In this document: one piece after another, positions 19,494-29,260 of the stretch
How the letters are laid out: each line of letters begins with the position of its first letter
Numbering within the stretch: the stretch's first letter is position 1
Program-made: the position numbers and the translations under genes
The notes under the pieces: model-generated
Database searches by the model: none
What the model saw: only the letters and a program-made list of their open reading frames with translations
What the model was told of the DNA's origin: nothing
From: Sedimentisphaerales bacterium
GTDB lineage: Bacteria; Planctomycetota; Phycisphaerae; Sedimentisphaerales; SM23-30
DNA length: 64,000 nt
Strand: one strand, 5' to 3'
Assembly (NCBI GenBank): GCA_963666285.1
Contig: OY762711.1

Positions 19494-21215
19494 TCAGATT
19501 GTTATTTTAACATGCCCAATTTCTTTTTTCGTATCAAACCGAAATTCAGTTTCAGGAGTTTTGAGGGCAGCGATATTATCAGACAATTCTATAATTATCT
19601 CCCCTATTTCGCCACGACTGCGAATGACATTGGCAAGAAGGATAGCTTTTTCTAGTCCGTCGCCGCGTCGGAAGTTCCATACTTCATCCGGTTGGGCCAG
19701 GCGATAATCTTCGGCATAGATAGACTCGTTGGACAACTCCCTTAGAACATTGAAAGCATCTTCGATAGATTTCTCTTTCAGAGCATCGATAGAAACCGGG
19801 TTGCGTTCGATGGCAGCCCTCATGAACGGTAACGGATCAGAATTGACCATATCACGCAGTGCATAAAAAGTGTACTCTGCCGTTTTATTGGAATCTCTTA
19901 TGCCGAGCAGGTAGTTGCGTATGTCATGTCGAGTCATAGAATGATCAATTTTTATCGGCTTGTCATCATGAACAAGCTGCTTTTGTTCGATTTCAGGAAG
20001 ACGAGGCTTAACATAGCAAAAGCTGATAAGTTCATCGACAAACTGCTCAACCGCCAAACCATACTCATCCGGGATAATATTAATCAGTTTTTCCCTGGTT
20101 TCCGGATTAGCAGGGTCAAGACGATGTTTCCGCAGCCATTGCTCGAAATCGTTGAGTAGAATCCTTCCATCCATCTCGTCCAGGTAATATTCTTCGCAGT
20201 CAACTTCATCAAAAAGTTTTTTGCGTGACGCAGTAGAAACGGAAAAATTACTGCCATGCTCATAAGAGAAGAGTCTTTCAAGCGGAATATAACCGCCGCA
20301 ACGGTTGGAAGCATTTCTTTCGACCTGAAAATATTTCATATACTGACTTTTCCAACGGATAAAATTGCAGAGCAGTTCGGGAGTAATATTAAAATGCAGG
20401 AACCTGGTCAAACCTTTGACAAAATGCTTAAACTGATCTGGATCGATGGTTGCCTGATCATACATAATATGAATATATCCGGAGATATGCGAAACAATAG
20501 TAACGCGTTCATTTTCCAAAGCCCTGCGAGCCTTGGCGGAGAGTTCCGTGCCATTGACCCACATATTTTTGGTAACGATACGCCTGTTGTTGGTTATAGT
20601 GCCGTCACCCTGAAGCAGGATATTCTGGGAATGAAGCGGGGTGGCGATCATAAAGATGTCTTCAAGCGGGACTTTACAGATAATGTACAATGCCGCGGCC
20701 CACAGGGCTGCCAGTGATACACATTCACCGGCACCAGTCTGGTACCCCTCTTTATACTTAAAAGCCGCCATAGCCTCTGCCGTTTCAGTTTTCCAGTACG
20801 GGATAGTTTCGTCAGTATATTTATCAAGCCCGAAATGCCGACGAATATCCATATCAAAGTAAAATTTATCACCTTCATAGCCAAAAAGAGCATTGGAGTG
20901 ACGAAGAATCTCCGGGTCGATGAAGTCGTTGAAACGCTGCAGTTCCTTTTGACGTGTGGTCAGTCCCCAAGTGTCAAGATCAAGGTTGAAAGAGTAGTTA
21001 TCCATAATGTACTGACGGAGCCGCTGCAGTTTTTTGGCAGGCTTTTGCTCATCAATATCGGCAAACCACGGATCGTCGAGCCAGTCCCATATTACCGGCG
21101 AAATAATATTGGCCAGAACCAGAGAATACATAATCTCCGGAAAGACAAAGATTTCCATATCTGACAGCGAGACCGCCGCAGAACACTTTTCCAATTCAAT
21201 TGTATCAATATCCAT
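19494..21215 (-). CDS. Hypothetical protein, possibly with transglutaminase-like domains
   Basis: 573-aa ORF; GECVSLAAL...PLHSQ and C-terminal QPDEVW..RRGDGLEKAILL. Confidence 0.75.
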   Translation of the reverse strand: MDIDTIELEKCSAAVSLSDMEIFVFPEIMYSLVLANIISPVIWDWLDDPWFADIDEQKPAKKLQRLRQYIMDNYSFNLDLDTWGLTTRQKELQRFNDFIDPEILRHSNALFGYEGDKFYFDMDIRRHFGLDKYTDETIPYWKTETAEAMAAFKYKEGYQTGAGECVSLAALWAAALYIICKVPLEDIFMIATPLHSQNILLQGDGTITNNRRIVTKNMWVNGTELSAKARRALENERVTIVSHISGYIHIMYDQATIDPDQFKHFVKGLTRFLHFNITPELLCNFIRWKSQYMKYFQVERNASNRCGGYIPLERLFSYEHGSNFSVSTASRKKLFDEVDCEEYYLDEMDGRILLNDFEQWLRKHRLDPANPETREKLINIIPDEYGLAVEQFVDELISFCYVKPRLPEIEQKQLVHDDKPIKIDHSMTRHDIRNYLLGIRDSNKTAEYTFYALRDMVNSDPLPFMRAAIERNPVSIDALKEKSIEDAFNVLRELSNESIYAEDYRLAQPDEVWNFRRGDGLEKAILLANVIRSRGEIGEIIIELSDNIAALKTPETEFRFDTKKEIGHVKITI

Positions 21216-21330
21216 AATAATCCTGTCGCTATGCCCCCATTAATTAAGCGTATATATTACAAGATTTTATGTTTCATATTATTCAATGTCAAATAATTAT
21301 AGTGAAAAAGGCTCACTTGAGCCATCAGGC

Positions 21331-24300
21331 TCATCTATCCTCTGTGCCGGAAGGCAGCCAAACCGAAATGGTAGTACCTCTATCTGGTTCAGAAACAATA
21401 TCAATCTTTCCGCCGTGATTATCAACCACAATTTTCCTGACAATATCCATTCCCAGGCCGGTACCCTCCCCGGCAGGTTTGGTAGTAAATAGCGGCTCAA
21501 AGATTCTGGCCTTAACTTCATCCGTCATGCCGCAGCCACTATCTGTGATTATAACGGTAATACCGCCATCCTTAGGTACAGCCTGAATTTTAAGACTGCC
21601 GGCACCTTGCATGGCATCCAGAGCATTTTTAATAAGATTGGTCCAGACTTGATTGAGTTCATCAGAATCACCAACAATTTTCGGCAGATTTTTATCACAT
21701 TCGAAGTCAAGGGTGACAGTATATTTAATAGCATTATAGAAAAGAGTCAATACATTATCCAGGCATTCATGAATATCAATAAGGTCCATGCTAGCCTCTT
21801 TGTCTCCGGAGCCGCCCTTCCTGATATATTTATTGAGAGCATTAACAATTTTCGATGCCTTAGAAACAGCAAGATCAATTGTATCGCAGGCAATAGCAGA
21901 TTCGACAATGCTCCCTATAATATCAAGCCTGTCCATAATGCCATCCTCTTTGAGCATTGGCAGCATATATTCAATATTATTATAAATATGAAGTTCAATC
22001 AGCCGATGGCTAATTTCTTCAGGATTGCCAATACCATTCTGCTTAAGCTCAGCAACAAACTTATCACGAACGCTACGTTTTTCCCTGGGGGACATAGAGG
22101 AGCTGCTGTCCCTATTAGCAAAGCAGTTTTCGATTATAGACTCGACAACGGAACCATACGGCCCTTTAAGCCAATCAGAAATGAGAGTCATATTACGAGT
22201 AAGCTTTTTAATATTACTTATTAGAATTTCGCGTGAGGTACTAATAGCACCAAGGGGCGAGTTAATTTCATGGGCAATACCTGATACCAAATGCTTAAGT
22301 GCACCAAGTTTTTCAAAAAGAATCAACTGAGCCTGGGTATCTTTTAGCTGGGCCATGGCATAAACCAGTTCTTCATTTCGCTTTTTAATTTCTTCAGCCC
22401 GTTCTTCAACCAGCTCTTCAAGATGCAAACGGTGCTTTTCAAGTTCCTGCTCAGTGGCTTTGCGCTCGGTAATATCACGTCCGGCAATAACAATATACTT
22501 TAGACTGCCGTCAGGATTGTCAAGTCTAGTAAGGATAAAATCAGCAGGAATTGCCTTACCATCTTTTGTAATAATATTCAGTTCACAGGTAGCCCAGCCG
22601 TTGTCAATAGCATCCTGAATTGTTTCCATGGCAATACCCATATCTTCTTTAGCGAAATATTTCCCCGGCAAATGGTTAACTCGAATTTCATCATCCGAAT
22701 ACCCCGTAATAGCATTTGTGGATTTATTCCATATAACAGGGGCATTTCCGGCGGGATTAAACACAACAAAAACATCCTGTAAAGAGTTAATAGCTTCTTC
22801 AGTGAATTTATTAGCTCGCTCCAATTCCTCGGTCCGAGCTATAACAGCGTTGCCAAGCTGGCGATTCCAGAAAATAACAAAAACCAAACTAACTAGAGGA
22901 ACCGAAGCAATAATAGCAACCCATATCCATAATTCATACCAATTAGTTACCTGCTCATACCTAACACTCATCCATTTATTAAGAATAGCGTTATGTTCCT
23001 GCTCGGTAATAGACCGCAACGACTTATTAAAAATAGAAAGCAGTTCAGGAGAATCCTTTCTCACGCCAAAGCAGAAATAATCATTCGGACAATCAGCCGG
23101 AACCGCAATCTTAAGATTAGAAAATTTTTCAGCTAAGATTGTATATGACGAAGAAACAGAATCACCAATGTAAGCATCAGCACTACCGGTAGAAACCCTT
23201 TCCAGCCCGGAAGTAATATTATTAACCGGAACAACTTCAATTTGTGAATGATGAGAAATCAAATATCGATGAATAGCGGAATCTTCAATAACAGAGACTT
23301 TTCGGTCATGAAGCCAACTGATATCCTTAATAAACGGCATATCATTCCTGGTAATAATTACATAGGATATATTAAAGAACTCTTCGCTAAAATTGACATA
23401 ATCAGCAAGCGGCTCCACTTTCACAGCCGGAATAACATCTAAACTTCCATTTCTGGCGATTTTGATATAGTCGGGCCAATCAAACAATTCTATATCAAAC
23501 TGGATTCCAGCCCTGCTGCTAATAATATTCAAATAATCATTGAATATACCTATAGCATTACCATCTTTATCACCAAATGAATAAGGCGGGATAGTATCAG
23601 GCATACCAATCTTTACAACAGGGTTCCTACTCAACCAGCTTCGTTCAGTATCCGAGAACTCTATTCCAGGCCCAACCTTCCCAATAGACCATTTTTCCAG
23701 CAGGGCATTAATACCCTTATCACCAATTTCCATTAAAGCCTTATCCAGGATAGAAGCAAATTCTGGGGCATTACCGCGTACACCGATAACCAGATCCATT
23801 TTCTGGTCACTGAGTACCAAAGCCGGCTGAACATTTCCCAAATAATTTTCGCTAAGCAGGAAATTTGCGACAGAATTAGCCAAGGCGACATCAGCTTTTC
23901 CTTCAAATACCACCCTGAGCGAATCAAAATAATTATCAGTTTTAATCAGCTTGATATCATCTTTAATTGGATCCAGGATATTTTTTATGTAATGAAAATC
24001 AGTCTGAGCAGCAACAACTTTTCCTTTCAAATCATCAATGCTATTGATATTGAACGGCGCATCTTTCTTTGCATAAACAATCGGATAAACAGTAGTAATC
24101 GGATAAGTCGTCAGCAGACCATTTTGCCTTGCATGTTCGGGATCAATAGCCAAAGCCCCATCAATAAATTTTTCCCTGGTATTTTTAACAATTTCAGGCC
24201 AATCGTCAACAACCAACTGGATATTGGCACCAATCTTATCATTTATAAGTGTAATCACATCGGGTACAAGTCCGGAATAAGACCCATCATAATTTTTAAT

Positions 24301-26694
24301 CAGATACGGTTCATCTTCAGAGAAGAATCCCAAGGAAAGATTCTGGTTTTCAGCAAGCCATTTTCTTTCTGACTCGGACAATCTCAAAAGCGGTCCAAAG
24401 TCTATTGATGACCACTTGGCATGAATCGCATTTAATTCATTTTCACTAATTGTCGAAAGAGCTTTGTTAAGAATCGTAACCAGTTCCGGATAATCATTAC
24501 GCACCCCGGTAACTCCATCAATTCTGAAACGAGGCAGGACCAGTTTAGGCTTGAGTCCGGTCAATTCGTATTTATCAATAATATAATTTGACGTAGAAAC
24601 AGCAATACAAACGTCAGCCTTTCCCTCGTAAACACAATTAAAAGCATCGAGAATTGAATTGAACGGCATAAGTTCAGCATCATCTAAATACGGCTTGACA
24701 ATATTTAAGACATTTGCACTATTATCAAGATAAGTAACTTTTTTACCGGCGAGATCATCTAAGCTGTTAATAATAAATGGAGAATCATCCCGGGCGAAAA
24801 TTGTAGGAATTGCACTAAAATGAGGTTGAGTTCTCAGGCATCCAATTTTATCAACAGCTTGCTGAGACATTCTCAACAATCCATCGATTTCCCCGGCATT
24901 CAGAAGTCTGGCATTATCAGCCCAATTTATAGCCTCAACAGTAAAATCAGTTCCAAGCCGCTGATTTATCAAGTTCAGTAAATCAACCAGCATGCCGGAA
25001 TACGAGCCATCAGAATTAGCAATTAACAAAGGTTCGTATCCAGCAGTAAACCCAAAATTTATTTTAGGATGCTCATCCAGCCATTTTCTTTCTTCGGGAG
25101 TCAGTGCAATTTTCTGCTCAGGATCATTCAAACTGGTCCATTTCGAAACGAGCTCCTGGATCCTCGAAGGACCGACAAGCTCCAACCCCTTATTGATAAT
25201 ACCCACCAGTTCCGGCCAGTCATCACGTATGCCGGTGGCAATCTGAGCCTCATGTTCAAGATCGAAATATACAATCTTCAGACCGGTTAAAGAATTTCTG
25301 GCAACCGTATAGTTTTCAAAGTTAACCGCCATTGCAATATCAACTTTACCTTCTAAAAGCAACCTTAATGATTCTAAAGTATTTTTGGTCGGATATAGTT
25401 CACATTGCCCTTTATATTCATCCACCCTGATCTCCAGCATTTTAACTTCTTTATGATATGCAATTTTTTTACCAATCAGATCATCAAGGCTGTTAAAAGA
25501 AATCGGCGAATCATAACGAGTATAAAAAATAGGATATGAAGAATGAATTGGTTTGGTCCTGAGAAGCTTACATGCCTTTGACTGGCTTGGAGCATTTCCT
25601 AACAATCCGTCAATTTCTCTACTTTTAGTCTTATTGACAATAGTTTCCCAGTCATCAATAACAATTTTAATATTCAGTCCAAGTCTTTTGTTTATTTCAT
25701 GAAATATTGAAGGATATACCCCTTCCAGCGAGCCATCATTTTTTTGGACCAGGAGCGGTTCCATATGTGGATTAAAACCCAGCCGGATAACAGGATGAGC
25801 GGCAAGCCAGTCTTTTTCTTTTTGAGTAAGAACAAATCCACGTTCATTCTCTAAAATATCAGAGAACCATTTTTCATATAACTTGTCATATGTACCATCT
25901 TCAATTACCCGACCCAGCCCTTCGCTAAGAAGGCTTTGAAGTTTTTTATCACCTTTTCGAACAGCAAAGCAGAAATCCTGACGAAAATTTCTGAGCAAAC
26001 TACCAACAGGCCTAATATTGTCGATCCCCATTTTTTTCAATAGATTGGTTCCCATAAGATGCTGAACAACAATAGCATCATATTTCCCCTGGCTTAGCAG
26101 TTCGAAGGCAATTTCGAAAGATTCAACGGTAATAATATGTGAGGAGACATTTTCTCTTCTGACATATTCTTCAGAAGTATCCCCCTTCATTACAACTACT
26201 TGCTTACCAGACAAATCTCCGATATTATTGATCCTGCTGTCATCATTTCTGACAAAAATAGCGCCATAATTCGTGGTATACGGGAAAGTGAAGTCGTAAA
26301 GCTTTTCTCTTTGTGCAGTTCGGCCTACTAATGGTAATACCTGAATTTTGCCATCTCTAAGGTCATTTTTCAGTGAATCCCAATAGTCAACCTTATAATT
26401 AAGCGTTAACCCGACCTCAGCCGCCGCGGCATTAAGAAGCTCAACCGAAAAGCCATCAGCATTTCCCTGTTCATCAACAATACAAAATGGCGGATAGCTG
26501 TACTCACACCCGGCAATCAGAGTATCAGATTCCTGAATATTTGTATTACTACTAATACTCTGTATGCTAAAATTGCCCGATTCTGAACCATTACCAGGAA
26601 CATTATCGGAAGAAACTGCAGGATTATGGAAGACTAGTAGTAATACAAAAACTGCAAAAAAAATAATTCTATTTCGAATAGTAACACATATCAT
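21331..26694 (-). CDS. Sensor histidine kinase with five tandem periplasmic solute-binding (SBP_bac_3-like) domains, TM, PAS, HisKA and HATPase
   Basis: Five repeats, mostly opening with (L/F)(T/S)xxExxWL; GRDITERK PAC motif, AHEINSP H-box, [13 protein letters not shown]. Start uncertain (26694 or 26793). Confidence 0.92.
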   Translation of the reverse strand: MICVTIRNRIIFFAVFVLLLVFHNPAVSSDNVPGNGSESGNFSIQSISSNTNIQESDTLIAGCEYSYPPFCIVDEQGNADGFSVELLNAAAAEVGLTLNYKVDYWDSLKNDLRDGKIQVLPLVGRTAQREKLYDFTFPYTTNYGAIFVRNDDSRINNIGDLSGKQVVVMKGDTSEEYVRRENVSSHIITVESFEIAFELLSQGKYDAIVVQHLMGTNLLKKMGIDNIRPVGSLLRNFRQDFCFAVRKGDKKLQSLLSEGLGRVIEDGTYDKLYEKWFSDILENERGFVLTQKEKDWLAAHPVIRLGFNPHMEPLLVQKNDGSLEGVYPSIFHEINKRLGLNIKIVIDDWETIVNKTKSREIDGLLGNAPSQSKACKLLRTKPIHSSYPIFYTRYDSPISFNSLDDLIGKKIAYHKEVKMLEIRVDEYKGQCELYPTKNTLESLRLLLEGKVDIAMAVNFENYTVARNSLTGLKIVYFDLEHEAQIATGIRDDWPELVGIINKGLELVGPSRIQELVSKWTSLNDPEQKIALTPEERKWLDEHPKINFGFTAGYEPLLIANSDGSYSGMLVDLLNLINQRLGTDFTVEAINWADNARLLNAGEIDGLLRMSQQAVDKIGCLRTQPHFSAIPTIFARDDSPFIINSLDDLAGKKVTYLDNSANVLNIVKPYLDDAELMPFNSILDAFNCVYEGKADVCIAVSTSNYIIDKYELTGLKPKLVLPRFRIDGVTGVRNDYPELVTILNKALSTISENELNAIHAKWSSIDFGPLLRLSESERKWLAENQNLSLGFFSEDEPYLIKNYDGSYSGLVPDVITLINDKIGANIQLVVDDWPEIVKNTREKFIDGALAIDPEHARQNGLLTTYPITTVYPIVYAKKDAPFNINSIDDLKGKVVAAQTDFHYIKNILDPIKDDIKLIKTDNYFDSLRVVFEGKADVALANSVANFLLSENYLGNVQPALVLSDQKMDLVIGVRGNAPEFASILDKALMEIGDKGINALLEKWSIGKVGPGIEFSDTERSWLSRNPVVKIGMPDTIPPYSFGDKDGNAIGIFNDYLNIISSRAGIQFDIELFDWPDYIKIARNGSLDVIPAVKVEPLADYVNFSEEFFNISYVIITRNDMPFIKDISWLHDRKVSVIEDSAIHRYLISHHSQIEVVPVNNITSGLERVSTGSADAYIGDSVSSSYTILAEKFSNLKIAVPADCPNDYFCFGVRKDSPELLSIFNKSLRSITEQEHNAILNKWMSVRYEQVTNWYELWIWVAIIASVPLVSLVFVIFWNRQLGNAVIARTEELERANKFTEEAINSLQDVFVVFNPAGNAPVIWNKSTNAITGYSDDEIRVNHLPGKYFAKEDMGIAMETIQDAIDNGWATCELNIITKDGKAIPADFILTRLDNPDGSLKYIVIAGRDITERKATEQELEKHRLHLEELVEERAEEIKKRNEELVYAMAQLKDTQAQLILFEKLGALKHLVSGIAHEINSPLGAISTSREILISNIKKLTRNMTLISDWLKGPYGSVVESIIENCFANRDSSSSMSPREKRSVRDKFVAELKQNGIGNPEEISHRLIELHIYNNIEYMLPMLKEDGIMDRLDIIGSIVESAIACDTIDLAVSKASKIVNALNKYIRKGGSGDKEASMDLIDIHECLDNVLTLFYNAIKYTVTLDFECDKNLPKIVGDSDELNQVWTNLIKNALDAMQGAGSLKIQAVPKDGGITVIITDSGCGMTDEVKARIFEPLFTTKPAGEGTGLGMDIVRKIVVDNHGGKIDIVSEPDRGTTISVWLPSGTEDR

Positions 26695-26893
26695 ATTACC
26701 ACTAACCCAAACTAGACTAAGTCTAATAAAAAACACAATTACAATATTCTTATGAGCATGTATATGAAACCAAATTTGAGTTAAAAAGGTCAACCTGTTT
26801 TAACATGCCAACAAAATAAAACAAAATATTACAAATCAAACCAAACAATTATATACTTATATATCGTATCGGTATTACATGCAAGTTAAATAT

Positions 26894-26933
26894 AAAAAAA
26901 GGCCGCAGCTCAATATGTTTTACTGCGACCTTT
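26894..26933 (-). terminator. Intrinsic terminator after hisG
   Basis: Minus strand GGTCGCAG...CTGCGGCC-TTTTTTT. Confidence 0.7.
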
Positions 26934-26956
26934 GAATATTCAGATAAAAATATTAA

Positions 26957-27829
26957 CTATGGAATAACCAGGTTAAGCGGATAGGTAAAAATACCAGAAG
27001 CGCCAATAGCCTTGGCTTTAGGAATAAGCACTCTAGCCTCTTTTTCTTCCATAACAACTTCAACAGCAATAAACTTTTCATCCGCCAGTTTATTTACAGT
27101 AGGCGACTTTTCAGCCGGAAGCAGCTTGAGAATTTCGTCAAGCTTAGCAGCTTCAAGGTTCATTTTCAGACCAACCTTGGCCTTACCTTCGATAGCCGCT
27201 TTAATCAACATGGCAACTGATTCGATTTTCTGACGTTTAAATGGGTCTTCCCATGCAGTCTTATTAGCAATAAACCGAGTTGTACTTGTCATCAGTTCAT
27301 CGATGATCTTCAGATTGTTCGCCTTGATACTGGACCCGGTTTCAGTAATTTCAACGATAGCATCAAGAAGCCTGGCTTTGACTTCGGTGGCACCCCAGGA
27401 AAATTCAACTTTTACGTTAACTCCCTTATCAGCAAAGTACTTTTTAGTAACATTTACCAACTCAGTAGAAATAATAGCACCTTCCAGGTCTTCGGCCTTT
27501 TCGATATTGCTTTCAGCGGGAACACAAAGCACCCAACGAGCGGGTTTAGCAGTGGCCTTTGAGTAAACCAGTTCGCATACTTCTACGACATCTGACTCGT
27601 TTTCACAAATCCAGTCTTTACCAGTCAGGCCACAGTCAACAACACCGTCTTCGACATAGCGGCTCATTTCCTGGGCACGGAACAAAACCATATCCAGTTC
27701 ATCATCATCAATAGAAGGGAAATAGCTTCTAGATGAGCATTTGACAGAAAAGCCAGCCCGATCAAGAAGGTCAAAAGTAGCATCCTGAAGACTACCCTTT
27801 GGTAAACCCATTTTAAGAATATTAGCCAA
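26957..27829 (-). CDS. hisG: ATP phosphoribosyltransferase, long form
   Basis: LPKGSL, SWGATE, EITETGSS motifs and C-terminal regulatory domain; TTG start with AGGAG RBS. Confidence 0.96.
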   Translation of the reverse strand: MANILKMGLPKGSLQDATFDLLDRAGFSVKCSSRSYFPSIDDDELDMVLFRAQEMSRYVEDGVVDCGLTGKDWICENESDVVEVCELVYSKATAKPARWVLCVPAESNIEKAEDLEGAIISTELVNVTKKYFADKGVNVKVEFSWGATEVKARLLDAIVEITETGSSIKANNLKIIDELMTSTTRFIANKTAWEDPFKRQKIESVAMLIKAAIEGKAKVGLKMNLEAAKLDEILKLLPAEKSPTVNKLADEKFIAVEVVMEEKEARVLIPKAKAIGASGIFTYPLNLVIP

Positions 27830-27941
27830 TTTAGTTTCTCCTGTATTTTAGTACTGATATTCAATACTTATTTTTTAGTTACCTGAGAAAGAAGTATTTT
27901 AACATCTTTCTTCTTACATCTCTCTATTAGTGCGTTATATA

Positions 27942-28067
27942 CTTCGCATCACTATGCGGCGAGCAATTTCTCGAAAGTATATTTATTCGATGTGCTGCAG
28001 GAAGGCCCTTTTAGGCGATTTACCAAAAGGTACTTCGTTATTGCAACTTAAAACTGCGAAAGTAAAC
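27942..28067 (+). repeat. Modular intergenic repeat, copy 4 (partial A and module D)
   Basis: CTTCGCATCA, then GCAGGAAGGCCCTTTTAGGCGATTTACCAAAAGGTACTTCGTTATTGCAACTTAAAACTGCGAAAG. Confidence 0.88.
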
Positions 28068-28069
28068 TA

Positions 28070-28855
28070 TTACTTAGTCTTTTTTTTAGTTGTCTTCTTT
28101 TTAGCTGTTTTAGTTTTAGCAGTCGTTTTTTTAGTCGTTGCAGTTTTAGCAGCTGATTTCTTTGCGACAGTCTTTTTGGCTACTTTTTTCTTTGCAGAAG
28201 TTTTAGCAGCAGTCTTTTTATCTTCTTTTTTTTCTGCAAGCTCAAAACTGTCACAATAATCTCTTAAAGTAACAAAAAGTTCTCGTCCCTTAGCAGCCGG
28301 TATCTGTCTGTCCAGAAAGCCATGAACGTCAGCGTAATCGCTGTCAGGATTGACAATGCCCTCTTCCTGAAAAACTTTCCACATATGTTCATTTAGTGGG
28401 AATGCGTGAGACTCAAGATAATAAAGCTGGAAAACAGAAAGCATATATGGAGTAAGCCCCTTGATTTCCTTAACAACCGCAAGTGCCTCTCTTTTACCCA
28501 TTTCCGATAGACCTGCCATATCAAGACCGTCATGTTTTTCAAAAACAGAATTCAATACTTTAATGAGAGTTGCAGCAACAGTGCCGGCATTGGGAAAGTT
28601 AACCCCGATAGCAAGAATTATCTCACGAGGCCGGCTTACACGCAATTCATTGAAATCGACAAAATTGCTTTTCAATTTCCGGTAAGCTGTTTGTGCTTTA
28701 CTAATAGTAGTAAACTCAGACAAAGCCGCCAGAGCCAGCAAGGATGCCGGCTCTACAGCAGCTGAATTATCTACAAGATCTGTAACATCTTTATTTTTTT
28801 TAGCCGTGGTACAAAGTTTTTTTAATTTCTTGGCATACTCTGCACTATTTTTCAT
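28070..28855 (-). CDS. Degenerate endonuclease III/HhH-like protein with histone-H1-like Lys/Ala/Thr-rich C-terminal tail
   Basis: FVDFNELRVS, EIKGLTPY, HAFPLN resemble the HhH-GPD fold; about 55-aa KKTAAK-type tail; overlaps the rbfA stop. Confidence 0.7.
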   Translation of the reverse strand: MKNSAEYAKKLKKLCTTAKKNKDVTDLVDNSAAVEPASLLALAALSEFTTISKAQTAYRKLKSNFVDFNELRVSRPREIILAIGVNFPNAGTVAATLIKVLNSVFEKHDGLDMAGLSEMGKREALAVVKEIKGLTPYMLSVFQLYYLESHAFPLNEHMWKVFQEEGIVNPDSDYADVHGFLDRQIPAAKGRELFVTLRDYCDSFELAEKKEDKKTAAKTSAKKKVAKKTVAKKSAAKTATTKKTTAKTKTAKKKTTKKKTK

Positions 28856-29243
28856 TTTCGTGTTCCTCAGCCTGATCTGACTGCTCTAAATTATTTCGTT
28901 CGTCTGCCAGACGATCTAATATTTGGCAAACTTCAAAACCTTTTTTCAATGAATCATCCTGATAAAACTTCAAAGCCGGGCATGTCCGTGTTGTAAGGAT
29001 TTTAGCAAGATGAGAACGCATAAATCCTGTCGCGTTCTGGATTGCATCGAAGGTAAGTTTTTCCTGAGGCTGCTCCACCCCTGTTACACTAAGATAAATT
29101 TTTGCGATACTGAGATCAGGTGCAACTTCTACCCTGGTAACACTTACCAACCCCTTAACCCTGGGATCAGATAAATGATTCTGGATTAAATCACTTATCA
29201 CATCCCGCACCGTCCTGGTTATTTTTTCTATTCTTCGGCTCAT
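28845..29243 (-). CDS. rbfA: 30S ribosome-binding factor A
   Basis: DPRV, VEVAPDL..AKIY, PALKF motifs; follows infB. Confidence 0.95.
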   Translation of the reverse strand: MSRRIEKITRTVRDVISDLIQNHLSDPRVKGLVSVTRVEVAPDLSIAKIYLSVTGVEQPQEKLTFDAIQNATGFMRSHLAKILTTRTCPALKFYQDDSLKKGFEVCQILDRLADERNNLEQSDQAEEHENEK

Positions 29244-29260
29244 CTATACCCCACCGTAGA

